From an uncultured Acidobacteriota bacterium (GTDB lineage Bacteria; Acidobacteriota; Thermoanaerobaculia; UBA5066; Gp7-AA6): 64,000 nucleotides of DNA. Under the pieces are notes generated by a model, which had not been told where the DNA came from, searched no databases, and was given only the letters and a program-made list of their open reading frames with translations. Within the stretch, counting starts at the first letter, position 1. Each line of letters opens with the position of its first letter. A program made the translations under genes and the position numbers. The DNA lies in assembly GCA_963829925.1 (NCBI GenBank), contig CAWHKQ010000015.1, positions 354,025 to 418,024 of the forward strand, written 5' to 3'. This document shows positions 50,480 through 60,615 of the stretch, piece after piece.

Positions 50480-50842
50480 TCAATCATGGTGGAAGTAGAA
50501 GCGGTTTCCGTCCACATCGGCGACGGTGAACTGCCTCAGCCCCCACGGCTTCTCTTCCAGCGGCTCGACGATGTTTGCTCCTGAGGATTCAAGCTCGCGG
50601 TAGGACGCATCGATGTCCTCTGCAAACACCCAGTGGACCGCAGCCTCGAACGGTGGCCCTTTCCTCCGGAAGAAGATCACGACGTCTCCCCGTGACACCG
50701 CTCCGATCTCCTTGTCCGGAGAGAGCCATCCGATCTCGAAGCCGAGAGTGTCTCGATAGTGCTGCTGTGCTCGTTCGACATCCGCCACAGGCAGCTCTGG
50801 CACTGGCTGGCCGATCGAGGACAAAGGCCTTCTGGCGCTCAC
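50480..50842 (-). CDS. VOC-family protein (start uncertain; GTG at 50842 proposed)
   Basis: Matches PELPVADVERAQQHYRDTLGFEIGW...LRQFTVADVDGNRFYFHH. Confidence 0.7.
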   Translation of the reverse strand: MSARRPLSSIGQPVPELPVADVERAQQHYRDTLGFEIGWLSPDKEIGAVSRGDVVIFFRRKGPPFEAAVHWVFAEDIDASYRELESSGANIVEPLEEKPWGLRQFTVADVDGNRFYFHHD

Positions 50843-50891
50843 AAGGCTTTCCTGCCTCGTCACTTCCCGGTCATTGCTGCGCCGCCGAGCC

Positions 50892-51114
50892 TCAAGGCTT
50901 GACCCCCGTGATGCCCGACTCGTCCACGAGAAATTCACAGGGTTCTTTCTCGCAGGTTGCCGAGAGATTGGTCCACTTACAGCCCGTGACGCATTCGAGC
51001 CGGATCCCCTTTGCGCTTGGCCGAACCTTGAAGGAGTAATGAGGCACGGGTTCGGGCGAACGAAACGCCGAAGTGATCACTGCAAGGATCATCGAGACGA
51101 GGAATTTTCTTCAT
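50892..51114 (-). CDS. small secreted Cys-containing protein (one frameshift in an A/T run at 51105-51108)
   Basis: GGAGG lies 8 nt before the ATG at 51114. After a 1-nt correction the product reads MKK..LVSMILAVITSAFRS (signal-like). The mature part is PEPVPHYSFKVRPSAKGIRLECVTGCKWTNLSATCEKEPCEFLVDESGITGVKP, with 4 Cys. Confidence 0.4.
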
Positions 51115-51176
51115 GGACCTGCCTCCGTTCTGATCGAGGACGAAATGTAAGGGCTGCCTGCTTTGTCCCTGGCCGG

Positions 51177-52199
51177 CTAACCACCCCGTGTGTGCATCTC
51201 GAGGTGCGGGTCCTTCTTCAGCTCCGTCAACCCCACCAGAGGGGAGCGTTCCCGCAACGCCAGCCGCTCCTCGGCTCCACGGTCCGCGCGTCCGCTCCAG
51301 CCGGACGAGATGAGCGCGGCGAGCTCCTCGGCGGACGCTCCGGCCCGGAGCGGGCCGCGCAGGTCCAGGCCGCGGGCGGCATAGAGGCAGAGGTACCAGA
51401 GACCGTCGGCCGTCAGCCGGCTGCGGTCACAGGAGCTGCAGAAGGGAGCCGTGGTCGAGGCGATGATCCCGAACGAAGTGCCGTCGGGCAGCCGATAGCG
51501 CTCGGCCGGGGCCGAGCTCGTTTCGACGATCGGCGCGATCGGGCCGTAGTGCCGCGCCAGCGTCTCCAGGATCTCCGCCCGCGGCACGACTCGCTCGCGC
51601 GTCCAGTGCGTGGCTCCGCCCACGTCCATGTACTCGATGAACCGGACTTCGGCGCCCCAACCCCGACCCCGCTCGAGCAGAGCGACAAGCTCCGCGTCGT
51701 TGACGCCGCGGATCACGACGCTGTCGATCTTGAGTGAGGCGAAATCTTCTCCCGCCGCCGCGTCGATCCCCGCCAGCACCCGGTCGAGGGCGTCGAAGCG
51801 CGTCAGCTCGCGGAAACGCTCGGGGTCCAGAGTGTCGAGGCTGACCGTGACGCGGCCGAGGCCGGCGCGCCGCAGGGGCCCCGCCTGCTCCGACAGGAGC
51901 ACCCCGTTGGTCGTCATGGCGAGGTCGCGGATCCGGCCGGTCGCAGCCAGCATCGCCACGAGCTCGGGCAGATCCCGGCGAACGAGAGGCTCGCCCCCCG
52001 TCAGACGGACCCGGTCGACGCCCAGCTCCGCGAAGACTCCGACCAACCGGGTGATCTCCTCGAAGTGGAGGATGTCCTCCCGAGGCAGCCAGGTGTAGTC
52101 CTGCTCCGGCATGCAGTAGGCGCAGCGCAGGTTGCATCGGTCGGTGACCGAGAGACGCAGGTTGCCGAGCGGGCGCCGGAAAGTGTCCAACAGCGTCAT
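51177..52199 (-). CDS. moaA: GTP 3',8-cyclase
   Basis: Intact 340-aa ORF. Matches LRLSVTDRCNLRCAYCMP...LTGGEPL...MTTNG...FIEYMDVG...FCSSCDRSRLTADG. Confidence 0.95.
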   Translation of the reverse strand: MTLLDTFRRPLGNLRLSVTDRCNLRCAYCMPEQDYTWLPREDILHFEEITRLVGVFAELGVDRVRLTGGEPLVRRDLPELVAMLAATGRIRDLAMTTNGVLLSEQAGPLRRAGLGRVTVSLDTLDPERFRELTRFDALDRVLAGIDAAAGEDFASLKIDSVVIRGVNDAELVALLERGRGWGAEVRFIEYMDVGGATHWTRERVVPRAEILETLARHYGPIAPIVETSSAPAERYRLPDGTSFGIIASTTAPFCSSCDRSRLTADGLWYLCLYAARGLDLRGPLRAGASAEELAALISSGWSGRADRGAEERLALRERSPLVGLTELKKDPHLEMHTRGG

Positions 52200-52219
52200 G
52201 AGCGGTCTATATTAGCCGT

Positions 52220-52727
52220 GTGAGCCTGCGCGTCGCGATCATCACGGTTTCCGACGGGGTCGCCGCGGGAGACCGGACCGACCTGGGGGGGCCCGCGTGC
52301 GAGGAGGCCCTCCGCGCGTCCGGAATCGAACATCAGGTTGTTGCCCGCGAGACGATCCCCGACGATGCCCACCAGGTGGCCCGCGCCGTTCGGGTCCGCG
52401 CGGACACGGGGGAAGCGGACCTCGTCGTGCTGACCGGGGGGACCGGCGTTTCGCCGCGCGACCGGACGCCCGAAGGCGTGCGCGAGGCGATCGAGTTCGA
52501 GGTCCCAGGCCTGGCCGAGAAGATGCGCGCGGACACCTCCCGCGGGTTTCCGGCGGCGTATCTTTCGCGGCAGGTCGTGGGCGTTCGCAAGGGGACTCTG
52601 GTCGTCGCGCTGCCGGGCTCGCCTCAGGGGCGCCGCCGACTGCCTGGCGGCGATCCTCGGCCTCGTGCCTCACGCGGTCGCGCTCGTCCAGGGAACGCGT
52701 CCCGACCATCCCGACGCCCCACGCTAA
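52220..52727 (+). CDS. MogA/MoaB-family molybdopterin adenylyltransferase-like protein (one frameshift near 52628)
   Basis: Matches VAIITVSDGVAAGDRTD.GGP...DLVVLTGGTGVSPRD.TPE...LPGSPQG. After a 1-nt correction it continues AADCLAAILGLVPHAVALVQG...APR and ends at the TAA at 52725-52727. Without the correction the track fuses it to the next gene as a 730-aa ORF. Confidence 0.8.
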
Positions 52728-52735
52728 GATCGGCC

Positions 52736-54412
52736 GTGGCCAAAGTCCGCCTCGGAATCGACTCGCTCCTGGAGAGCCCGTGGCCGGTGGCCGGCCGGCG
52801 CATCGGTCTGATCACCAACCATTCCGGCGTCACCTCCGGCGGTGTCCCCACGTGGAAGGCGCTGCGGTCGGCGCAGAACGTCCGGCTCGTCCGTCTCTTC
52901 GGCCCGGAGCACGGCATCGAGGGCGGGGCGGTCTACATGGAGGCTGTCGGCACGGCGGTCCACGGCCCCTCGGGCCTGCCGGTCGTGTCGCTCTACGGGA
53001 GCACGGCCGAGAGCCTGAAGCCGCGGCGCGAGGACTTCGCCGACCTGGAAGCGATCGTGTTCGACGTGGCGGACGTCGGGAGCCGGTACTACACGTACAT
53101 CTGGACGATGCTGCTCGCGATGGAGGCGTGCGCGGCTTCGCGCCTGCGCTTCGTCGTCTGCGACCGCCCGAATCCGATCGGAGGCGCGGTCGAAGGGGCA
53201 TCGCAGAGCACGGGTTATCTGACTTTCGTCGGGCTGCACCCCCTTCCGGTCCGGCACGGGATGACGGCCGGGGAACTGGCGCGGCTGTTTGCGGCCGAAC
53301 GGCGGCTGGATCTCGACCTCGTCGTCTCTCCGGCCACGGGCTGGGCGCGCGACATGCCCTACGCCGAGACCGGCCTTCCCTGGATTCCGCCCTCGCCCAA
53401 CATGCCGACGCCGGGCACGGCCCTCGTGTACCCGGGCATGTGCCTGCTGGAAGGCACCAACCTCTCGGAGGGGCGCGGCACGACGCGACCGTTCGAGATC
53501 TTCGGCGCGCCCTGGATCGACAGCGTGGCACTCGCCGACTCGCTCAACGCGCTCGTTCTGCCGGGAGCGTCGTTCCTGCCCCTGCGGTTCCGGCCGATGT
53601 TCGACAAGCACGCCGGGGTCTCCTGCGGCGGGGCCCTGCTCGAGGTGACCGATCCTCTCGCGTTCCGATCGTTTCAGACGGGCCTGCGTGTCGTCGAGGC
53701 CGCGCGCCGGCTCTCGCCGCTCGAGTTCCGCTGGCGCACGGAGCCCTACGAGTTCGACACGCGGCCCGCCGTGGACCTTCTGACGGGGTCGCCGAGCTTC
53801 CGCGAGATGGTCGACGGAGGCGGCAACCTCCGGGCCGAGATCGCGCGGCATTACGACGCGGCCCAGGCTTTTGCGGCGCGGCGCGAACCGTATCTCCTCT
53901 ACCCGGACCGGCGGCCCGCGGTCGTCGCGTTCGTGGGCGGCCACGATTCCGGGAAGACGAGCATCATCGTGGAGCTGGTGCCGCGGCTGAAGGCCCGGGG
54001 CCTCACGGTCGGAACGATCAAGCACTCGACCCGCGACGTCGAGGACGACGTGGCGGGAAAGGATTCGCAGCGGCACGCCGCGGCCGGGGCCGAGGTGGCG
54101 GCGCTGGTGACACCGCGGCGCGCGACGGCGCGGCGCTTCGGGCAGGAAGAGCCGATCGAGGAGCTCCTGAGGCGGGAGTTCTCCGGCTGCGACCTCGTGC
54201 TGGTCGAGGGCTACAAGAACCTGCCGCTTCCCAAGATCGAGGTCCTGCGCACCGGCGCCTCGCGGCCCGACGTCTTCGAGCCCGCCGCGCGCATCTCGGA
54301 CGGGCCCTTCGCCGGATCGGTGCCGACACTGTCCTTCGGCGATTGGGACGGCATCACCGCGACCGTCCTGCGCCTGGCGGGGCTCGACCGCCAGAAACCC
54401 ACGAAGGCCTGA
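52736..54412 (+). CDS. DUF1343 (NamZ-like exo-muramidase family) fused in-frame to MobB (molybdopterin-guanine dinucleotide biosynthesis adaptor)
   Basis: The GTG start gives VAKVRLGIDSLLE...IGLITNHSGV...LFGPEHG...DLEAIVFDVADVGSRYYTYIWT...VCDRPNPIGG...HPLPVRHGMTAGELA...LLEGTNLSEGRGTTRPFE. With no stop in any frame at the junction, it continues AVVAFVGGHDSGKTSIIVELVPRLKARGLTVGTIKHS...DLVLVEGYK. Confidence 0.7.
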   Translation: MAKVRLGIDSLLESPWPVAGRRIGLITNHSGVTSGGVPTWKALRSAQNVRLVRLFGPEHGIEGGAVYMEAVGTAVHGPSGLPVVSLYGSTAESLKPRREDFADLEAIVFDVADVGSRYYTYIWTMLLAMEACAASRLRFVVCDRPNPIGGAVEGASQSTGYLTFVGLHPLPVRHGMTAGELARLFAAERRLDLDLVVSPATGWARDMPYAETGLPWIPPSPNMPTPGTALVYPGMCLLEGTNLSEGRGTTRPFEIFGAPWIDSVALADSLNALVLPGASFLPLRFRPMFDKHAGVSCGGALLEVTDPLAFRSFQTGLRVVEAARRLSPLEFRWRTEPYEFDTRPAVDLLTGSPSFREMVDGGGNLRAEIARHYDAAQAFAARREPYLLYPDRRPAVVAFVGGHDSGKTSIIVELVPRLKARGLTVGTIKHSTRDVEDDVAGKDSQRHAAAGAEVAALVTPRRATARRFGQEEPIEELLRREFSGCDLVLVEGYKNLPLPKIEVLRTGASRPDVFEPAARISDGPFAGSVPTLSFGDWDGITATVLRLAGLDRQKPTKA

Positions 54413-54422
54413 TCGCGCCGAG

Positions 54423-55079
54423 ATGCCGGCTTTCGTCGTCTTCGACCTGGACGGCACGCTGATCGACGGTTACGCGGCGATCGGCGACGCCCTCGGCCAC
54501 GCGATGGGGCTGCTGGGCGAGACGCCCCCTTCGGACGCTCAGATACGCGGCATGGTCGGGCACGGCCTGGAGAAACTGCTCGAGCAGGCGGTCGGGGCCG
54601 GGCGCGCCGCGGAGGGCGTTCGCCTCTTCCGCGAGCGGTACCCGTTCGTCGCCGTCGAGAAGTCGCACCTCCTGGCCGGAACGGCCGACGCCGTCGCGGC
54701 TCTCGAAGCGCGCGGCCATCCGTTGGCCGTCGCGTCCAACAAGCCGGCGCGTTTCTCCCGACTGATTCTCGAAGCGAAGGGAATCGGCCGCGCGTTTCGG
54801 GACGTCGGCGGGCCGGACGCCGACACTCCTCCCAAACCCGACCCGACGATGCTGCGGCGCCTGATGGAGGGCGCCGGCGCGTCGCCGCGAGAGACCGTCG
54901 TCGTCGGGGACATGGAGGTCGATTTCGAGTTCGCCCGCGCCGCGGGATGCCGCGTGGTGCTCATACCCGGCGGCTCGCGCACGCGCGAAGAGCTCTCGGC
55001 GCTCGTGCCCGACGCGTTCCTCGAATCGATCTCCGAGCTGCCCGCCTGGCTCGACAGGAACGGGGGAGGCGTCCAGTAG
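54423..55079 (+). CDS. HAD-superfamily hydrolase (phosphoglycolate phosphatase-like)
   Basis: Matches FVVFDLDGTLIDG...VASNKP...KPDP...VVVGDMEVDFEFARAAG. Confidence 0.8.
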   Translation: MPAFVVFDLDGTLIDGYAAIGDALGHAMGLLGETPPSDAQIRGMVGHGLEKLLEQAVGAGRAAEGVRLFRERYPFVAVEKSHLLAGTADAVAALEARGHPLAVASNKPARFSRLILEAKGIGRAFRDVGGPDADTPPKPDPTMLRRLMEGAGASPRETVVVGDMEVDFEFARAAGCRVVLIPGGSRTREELSALVPDAFLESISELPAWLDRNGGGVQ

Positions 55080-55092
55080 AATCGCGATCCTC

Positions 55093-56202
55093 ATGACGGA
55101 ATCGTTCGATCCGACCGGCGGAAGGCCGGGGCAGGTACGGTTCTTCCTCCCGGGCCCCGTCTGGGTCCGCGACGCGGTGCGCCAGGCGATGAGCCATGAA
55201 GCGATCGGCCACCGCGGCAAGGCCTTCGCCGACCTCTATGCCCGGATTCCGCCGCGCCTGCAGAAGGTGTTCCGCACCGAAGGCTTCGTCTTCACGGCGA
55301 CCGCGGCGGCCACCGGACTCTGGGAGGCGGCCCTGGTCAACCTCATGCCCGAACGCGTCCTGGCGATCACCTCGGGCGCGTTCTCGGAACGCTGGGCCGC
55401 GTGCGCGCGCGACCTGGGCTTTGCGGCCGACCTGGTCGAGACGCCGTGGGGGACGCCGGTGGACCCCGCCGACGTCGGACGCGCGCTGGAGAACGCCCGC
55501 TACGAGGCCGTGACGATCGTGCACTCGGAGACCTCCACCGGCACGCTCAACGACCTGGCCGCGATCGCGCGCGTCGTGCGTCAGAAATCCGACGCCTTCG
55601 TGCTCGCCGACGTCGTGACCTCGGTGGCGGGGTCGCCCGTCGAGTCGGACGCTTGGAACCTGGACTTCGCCCTCTCCGGGTCTCAGAAGGCGCTGGCCCT
55701 TCCGCCGGGCCTGGGCGTGGCTTTCGCCTCGAAGCGGTACCGGGAGCGGGCGCGCGAGCGCTCACGGGCGCACTACCTGCGCCTTTCAGAGGCCGAGACC
55801 TTCGCCGAGAAACACCAGACGCCCTACACGCCCTCGACACCTCACCTCTTCGCGCTCGACCTCCAGCTCGATCACATCCTGACGGAGACGATGGAGGGCC
55901 GGTGGGCGCGTCACGAGGCCCTGCGCCGCCGCGTCGAGACGTGGGCGGAGGAGCGGGGCCACGTCTGCGTGCCGCCGGAGGGGGCGCGCTCGTGGACCGT
56001 CTCCTGCCTGAAGCCGCGCCCCGGCGTCTCGTCGGAGAATCTCGTGGCCAGGGCCAAGGAGCGCGGCTACACGATCGGCGGCGGCTACGGGAAGTGGAAG
56101 TCCTCCACGTTCCGGATCGGTCACATGGGCGACGTCGACATGGCCTCGCTCGAGGCGCTCCTCGGCGTGCTCGACGCCTGCGCCGGGGAGGCCGCCGCGT
56201 GA
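55093..56202 (+). CDS. class-V aminotransferase (serine-glyoxylate / phosphoserine aminotransferase-like)
   Basis: Intact 369-aa ORF. Matches FLPGPVWV...HRGKAF...TIVHSETSTGTLNDL...LSGSQKALALPPGLG...FRIGHMG. The stop overlaps the serA GTG. Confidence 0.8.
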   Translation: MTESFDPTGGRPGQVRFFLPGPVWVRDAVRQAMSHEAIGHRGKAFADLYARIPPRLQKVFRTEGFVFTATAAATGLWEAALVNLMPERVLAITSGAFSERWAACARDLGFAADLVETPWGTPVDPADVGRALENARYEAVTIVHSETSTGTLNDLAAIARVVRQKSDAFVLADVVTSVAGSPVESDAWNLDFALSGSQKALALPPGLGVAFASKRYRERARERSRAHYLRLSEAETFAEKHQTPYTPSTPHLFALDLQLDHILTETMEGRWARHEALRRRVETWAEERGHVCVPPEGARSWTVSCLKPRPGVSSENLVARAKERGYTIGGGYGKWKSSTFRIGHMGDVDMASLEALLGVLDACAGEAAA

Positions 56203-57773
56203 GCCTGGTCGTCGTGGCCGAGAAGGTCTCGAGCGCCGGTCTCGACATGCTGCGCGCGGCCGGGCATGACGTCGTGGACCTCGCCGGAACCTCGCGCGAG
56301 GAGCTCCTGGCCGCCCTGAAGAACGCCGATGCGCTGCTCGTCCGCAGCGCGACGAAGGTGGACGCGGCGCTCCTGGCCGCCGCGCCGAAGCTGACCGTCG
56401 TGGGCCGCGCCGGCGTCGGCGTGGACAACGTGGACGTCCCGGCCGCGTCCGCGCGGGGCGTCCTGGTGCTGAACTCTCCGACGGGCAACGTCGTGTCGGC
56501 CGTGGAGCACACCTTCGCGCTCCTCTTCGCGCTCCTGCGCCGCGTGCCCGAAGCGGCCGCGTCGATGGCGGCGGGGCGGTGGGAGAAGTCGAAGTTCGTC
56601 GGCTCGGAGCTCGCGGGCAAGACCGTCGGCATCGTGGGCCTCGGGCAGGTCGGCTCGCGGGTCGCGGCGCGCGCCCGCGCGTTCGAGGCGAAGCTCCTGG
56701 CGCACGATCCGTTCCTCCCGGCCGAGAAGGCGCAGGAGATGGGCGTGCCCCTCGTGCCTCTCGAGACGCTTCTCGCGCAATCCGACGTCGTGACGCTCCA
56801 CTCGACCGCGACCGGGCAGCAAGGCGCTTCTCGGAGCGGCCGAGATCGCGCGCATGAAGCCGGGCGCCGTCCTGGTCAACGTCGCCCGAGGGAGCCTCGT
56901 GGATCGCTCCGCGCTGCCACGACGCCCTGCGAGAGAAGCGGATCGCCGGCGCCGCCCTCGACGTCTTCGACCCCGAGCCGCCCGACCCGAACGACCCGCT
57001 GCTGAAGCTGCCCAACGTCGTCGCGACGCCGCACCTCGGCGCCTCCACGGTCGAGGCCCAGGAGCGGGTCTCGACCCAGACGGTCGAGGCGCTTCTCCAG
57101 GCGCTCGCCGGAGCTCCCTACGTTCCGGCGGTGAACCTTCCGTTCCGCGGACCCAAGGACGCGGGCGGCGCTTCCGGCTGGATGCGGCTGGCCGAGCGCA
57201 CGGCCCACTTTCTTTCGGCGCTGGTTTCGGGCCATCTCTCGCGGCTGACCGTAGAAACCTGGGGACTGCCGGAGGACCTGCTTCGCCCGGTCACGGTGGC
57301 CGCGGTCAAGGGCGCGCTCGAGACGCACACGCCCGAAACGGTCAACTACGTCAACGCGATGTTCGTCGCGCAGGACCGCGGCCTCTCGGTCAGCGAGACG
57401 CGGCACGAGGAGCCCGGCGTCTACGCCCGCTCGCTCCGCCTGACGCTCTCCGGCGCCACGACCGGCCGGGCCGACGCCACCCTCTTCACGGGGCAGGACG
57501 CCCGAGTGGTCGAGGTCGACGGGCTGCCGCTCGAGTTCCGGCCGGAAGGGACGGTCGTCTACCTGCGCAATCGCGACGTCCCCGGAGTCGTCGGCAGTGT
57601 CGGCACCATCCTCGGCGAGGCCGGCGTCAACATCGCCGACTTCTCTCTCGCCCGCGGCGACGGGTCCGCGCGCCGCCGCCGTGATCGCCGTCGATTCCCC
57701 GCCGCCGCCAGCCGTGCTGGAGCGTCTCCGGCAGGCGCCTGCCGTGGAAGAGGTCCGCGTGGTGACGTGGTGA
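56199..57773 (+). CDS. serA: D-3-phosphoglycerate dehydrogenase with a C-terminal ACT domain (at least 4 frame changes)
   Basis: Matches [28 protein letters not shown]...[17 protein letters not shown], then [27 protein letters not shown]...[13 protein letters not shown], and the ACT-like [31 protein letters not shown]. These segments are spread over three frames. Confidence 0.85.
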
Positions 57774-58848
57774 CGACGCACCCGGATCGTCGTCCTCTTC
57801 GGGGGGCGATCGGTCGAGCGCGAGGTCTCGCGCATCTCGGCGCGGACGATCTGCCGCGCTCTGGATCCGACCCGGTACGAGGTCCTCCCTCTCGCCGTCG
57901 GAGAGGACGGGCGATTCCTGCCGGCCGTCGAATCGTCCCGTCTCCTGGCCGAAGGCGCCGTTCCGGAGAAGTTCCGCCGCGAGGAGCCGGCCGGAGAGGC
58001 GATCGTCCCGCTGCAGATCCTGCCGGGCCGCGTCGACGTGGTGTTCCCGATCATCCACGGTACGACCGGGGAGGACGGGGTCCTGCAGGGATTCCTCGAA
58101 ACACTCGGGGTTCCGTACGTGGGTGCGGGAGTCACGGCGTCGGCGGTCGGCATGGACAAGGCGGTGTTCAAGGCGCTTCTGCGCGACGCCGGAATTCCGA
58201 CGCCTCGCGGGGTCGCCGTCTCGGCGCGCGACCGGGCCGGCGCGCGGGCGCGGCTCGAGGCGGCCGGCGTGACGCTTCCGGTCTTCGTGAAGCCCGCCTC
58301 CGGAGGTTCGTCGGTGGGAGTCACGAAGGTCAAGCGCTGGGAAGACCTGGAGGGGGCGATCGAAATGGCCCTCCGCTACGACGAGCGCGCCCTCATCGAG
58401 GAAGGGATCGACGCGCGGGAGCTGGAGTGCGCCGTGCTCGGCGACGAGGAGCCGAGAGCCTCGATCCCCGGCGAAGTCGTCCCGGGCCACGAGTTCTACG
58501 ACTACGACGACAAGTACCGGGACGACAAGGCGAAGCTGCTGATCCCGGCCCCGGTGATCCGAGGCCGTGGCGGCCGAGGCGCGGCGCCTGGCCGTCGAAG
58601 TCTTCCGCGTCTGCCGCGTCTCGGGCATGGCCCGCGTGGATCTCTTCCTGGAGCGCTCGACCGGCCGCATTCTCGTCAACGAGATCAACACGCTTCCCGG
58701 CTTCACCGCGATCTCGATGTACCCGAAGCTCTGGGAGGCCAGCGGACTGCCGCTGTCGGAGCTCCTCGACGAGCTCGTCCGTCTGGCGCTGGCGCGTCGC
58801 GACCGGCGTTCAAGGCTTCTGACGAAACCGCCCGCCGAGCTGGCGTAA
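57770..58848 (+). CDS. ddl: D-alanine--D-alanine ligase (2 frameshifts, near 57782 and 58560)
   Basis: The GTG overlaps the serA TGA. Matches [20 protein letters not shown]...[39 protein letters not shown]...[15 protein letters not shown]...ELECAVLG...MARVDLFL...[13 protein letters not shown]. Confidence 0.9.
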
Positions 58849-59122
58849 ACCCGCCTTCCCGTGAGCGGGGCTGCCGTGAGGAGAAAAGCCGCGGCGATGG
58901 CGAGCGCGCTCATGGCGCGCGAAAACGCTCCGCGCCGGGCTCGCCCGGCGGCTTCAACTCGTCGTCGGTTCCTTCGGAAGAATCCCATGGCGCGAAGGCG
59001 GTGAGCACCGTCATTCCCAGAACCCGATCCATGGGCCTGGTGGCGATGGCTTCGCTGTCGACCTCGGGACCGTGGGCGGGCGTTCTCATCCAGCCCGTCA
59101 TTGTACGAGCTAACATCGGCGC

Positions 59123-60052
59123 GTGCCGGAGCTGCCCGACATCCTCGCTTATCTCGCGGCGCTCGAGACGCGCGTCGCGGGCGAGAGGCTCGAATCGATC
59201 CGGCTCGGCAATCCGTTTCTCCTGCGGTCCGTCTCACCGCCGCTCGCGAGCGCCGAGGGGCGGCGGGTGCTCGGCCTCCGGCGTCTCGGAAAACGTATCG
59301 TCTTCGAGCTCGAAGGGGAGCTCTTCCTGGTTCTCCACCTGATGGTCGCGGGCCGGCTCCACTGGAGGAAACGAGGCGCGAAGGTCGGAGGCCGCGCCGC
59401 CATCGCGGCCTTCGATTTTCCGGAAGGCTCGCTCGTCCTGTCCGAGGTGAGCACGAAGAAACGGGCGTCGCTCCACCTCGTGGAAGGCCGGGCCCGGCTC
59501 GAGGACTTCGATCGCGGGCGGCATCGAGGTCCTGGACGCGGACCTGCCCCGGTTTCGAGGCGCGCTGACGCGGGAGAACCACACCTTGAAGCGCGCGCTG
59601 ACGGATCCGCGGCTTCTCTCGGGCATCGGCAACGCGTACTCCGACGAGATCCTGCATCGCGCGCGGCTGTCGCCGGCCCGGCTCACGCAGCGGCTGACCG
59701 ACGAAGAGATCGACGCGCCTCTACCGGGCCGTGCAGGGGGTTCTCCGGCGAGTGGATCGAGCGCCTCGGAGACGAGGCGCTCCGGGCGTTTCCGGAGAAG
59801 GTCACGGCCTTTCGCGAGGGAATGGCCGTCCACGGCCGATACGGCAAGCCGTGCCCGGTCTGCGGCAAACCGGTCCAGCGGATCGTCTACGCGGAGAACG
59901 AGGCGAACTACTGCCCGACCTGCCAGACCGGCGGCAAGCTGCTCGCGGACCGAGCCCTGTCCCAGCTGCTGCGGGGCGACTGGCCGAAGACCCTCGAAGA
60001 GCTCGAGGAGCGCAAGAAATCCGCCAGTCCGGCCGGAGCGAGCGCCCGATGA
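59123..60052 (+). CDS. Fpg/Nei-family DNA glycosylase (2 frameshifts near 59515 and 59720)
   Basis: The N-terminus is MPELPD. The H2TH region [30 protein letters not shown] is in a second frame. The zinc finger is [35 protein letters not shown]. Confidence 0.85.
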   Translation: MPELPDILAYLAALETRVAGERLESIRLGNPFLLRSVSPPLASAEGRRVLGLRRLGKRIVFELEGELFLVLHLMVAGRLHWRKRGAKVGGRAAIAAFDFPEGSLVLSEVSTKKRASLHLVEGRARLEDFDRGRHRGPGRGPAPVSRRADAGEPHLEARADGSAASLGHRQRVLRRDPASRAAVAGPAHAAADRRRDRRASTGPCRGFSGEWIERLGDEALRAFPEKVTAFREGMAVHGRYGKPCPVCGKPVQRIVYAENEANYCPTCQTGGKLLADRALSQLLRGDWPKTLEELEERKKSASPAGASAR

Positions 60053-60607
60053 GACCGCCGTGGCCCTGGCTGGCCGCGGCCGCCCTGGCGTTTCCGTCCT
60101 TGGAACTGAGCGCCCAGGCGCCGGCCCCGGCGGAGAGTGGACGCTCGCCGCAGTGGTCGCTCGCCGCCGGCTACGGCTTCTCCGTAAAGCTCAGTCGCGG
60201 ACGCTCGGAAGAGCAGATGTTCCTCGTGGTGCCCGCGGTCGTCTTTTCCACTCTCGGGTCGCCTCGAGTACACACTCGAGGGACACTTCGCCGGGTTCTT
60301 CCGGCCGCGTGGATACATGCTCGGGTGGATGCCGGTGGGAGCCCGCTTCTTCTTCGGCGGAGCGCGCGCTCAGCCTTACGCCTCGCTCGGCGCCGGCTTC
60401 GGCTGGACCGACCTGACCGGTCTCGACGAGATCGACCGCCGCTTCAACTACCTGCTTCAGGGCAGCGTCGGGATGCGGAGCCGGCTCCCGGACGGAAGCG
60501 CCTGGACTCTGGAGGCCCGCATGTCTCACATCTCCAACGCGGGAACGGTCCTGCCCAACCTCGGGCTGAACACGCTCGTCTTTCTCGGGGGCTGGCGCTT
60601 TCGCTAA
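60049..60607 (+). CDS. PagL-like acyloxyacyl hydrolase / lipid A deacylase outer-membrane protein (one frameshift in TTTT at 60244-60247)
   Basis: ATGA overlap with the upstream gene. Signal peptide [24 protein letters not shown]. Beta-strand-rich body. The C-terminal motif is [31 protein letters not shown]. Confidence 0.65.
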
Positions 60608-60615
60608 CGTCGCCG

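Noticed and set aside
52220-54412. 730-aa track ORF as a MogA-DUF1343-MobB triple fusion
   Set aside because: The MogA part reads ...LPGSPQG and then nonsense (RRRLPGGDPRPRAS). A 1-nt correction near 52628 restores the conserved MogA C-terminus and a TAA at 52725-52727. The DUF1343 part has its own GTG at 52736. Only the DUF1343-MobB junction survives inspection.
58849-59122. Possible small gene in the ddl to Fpg/Nei intergenic region (68-aa minus ORF at 58910-59116; short MSALAIAAAFLLTAAPL... ORF)
   Set aside because: No RBS, no recognisable motif, and competing frames. It cannot be distinguished from chance ORFs at this GC content.
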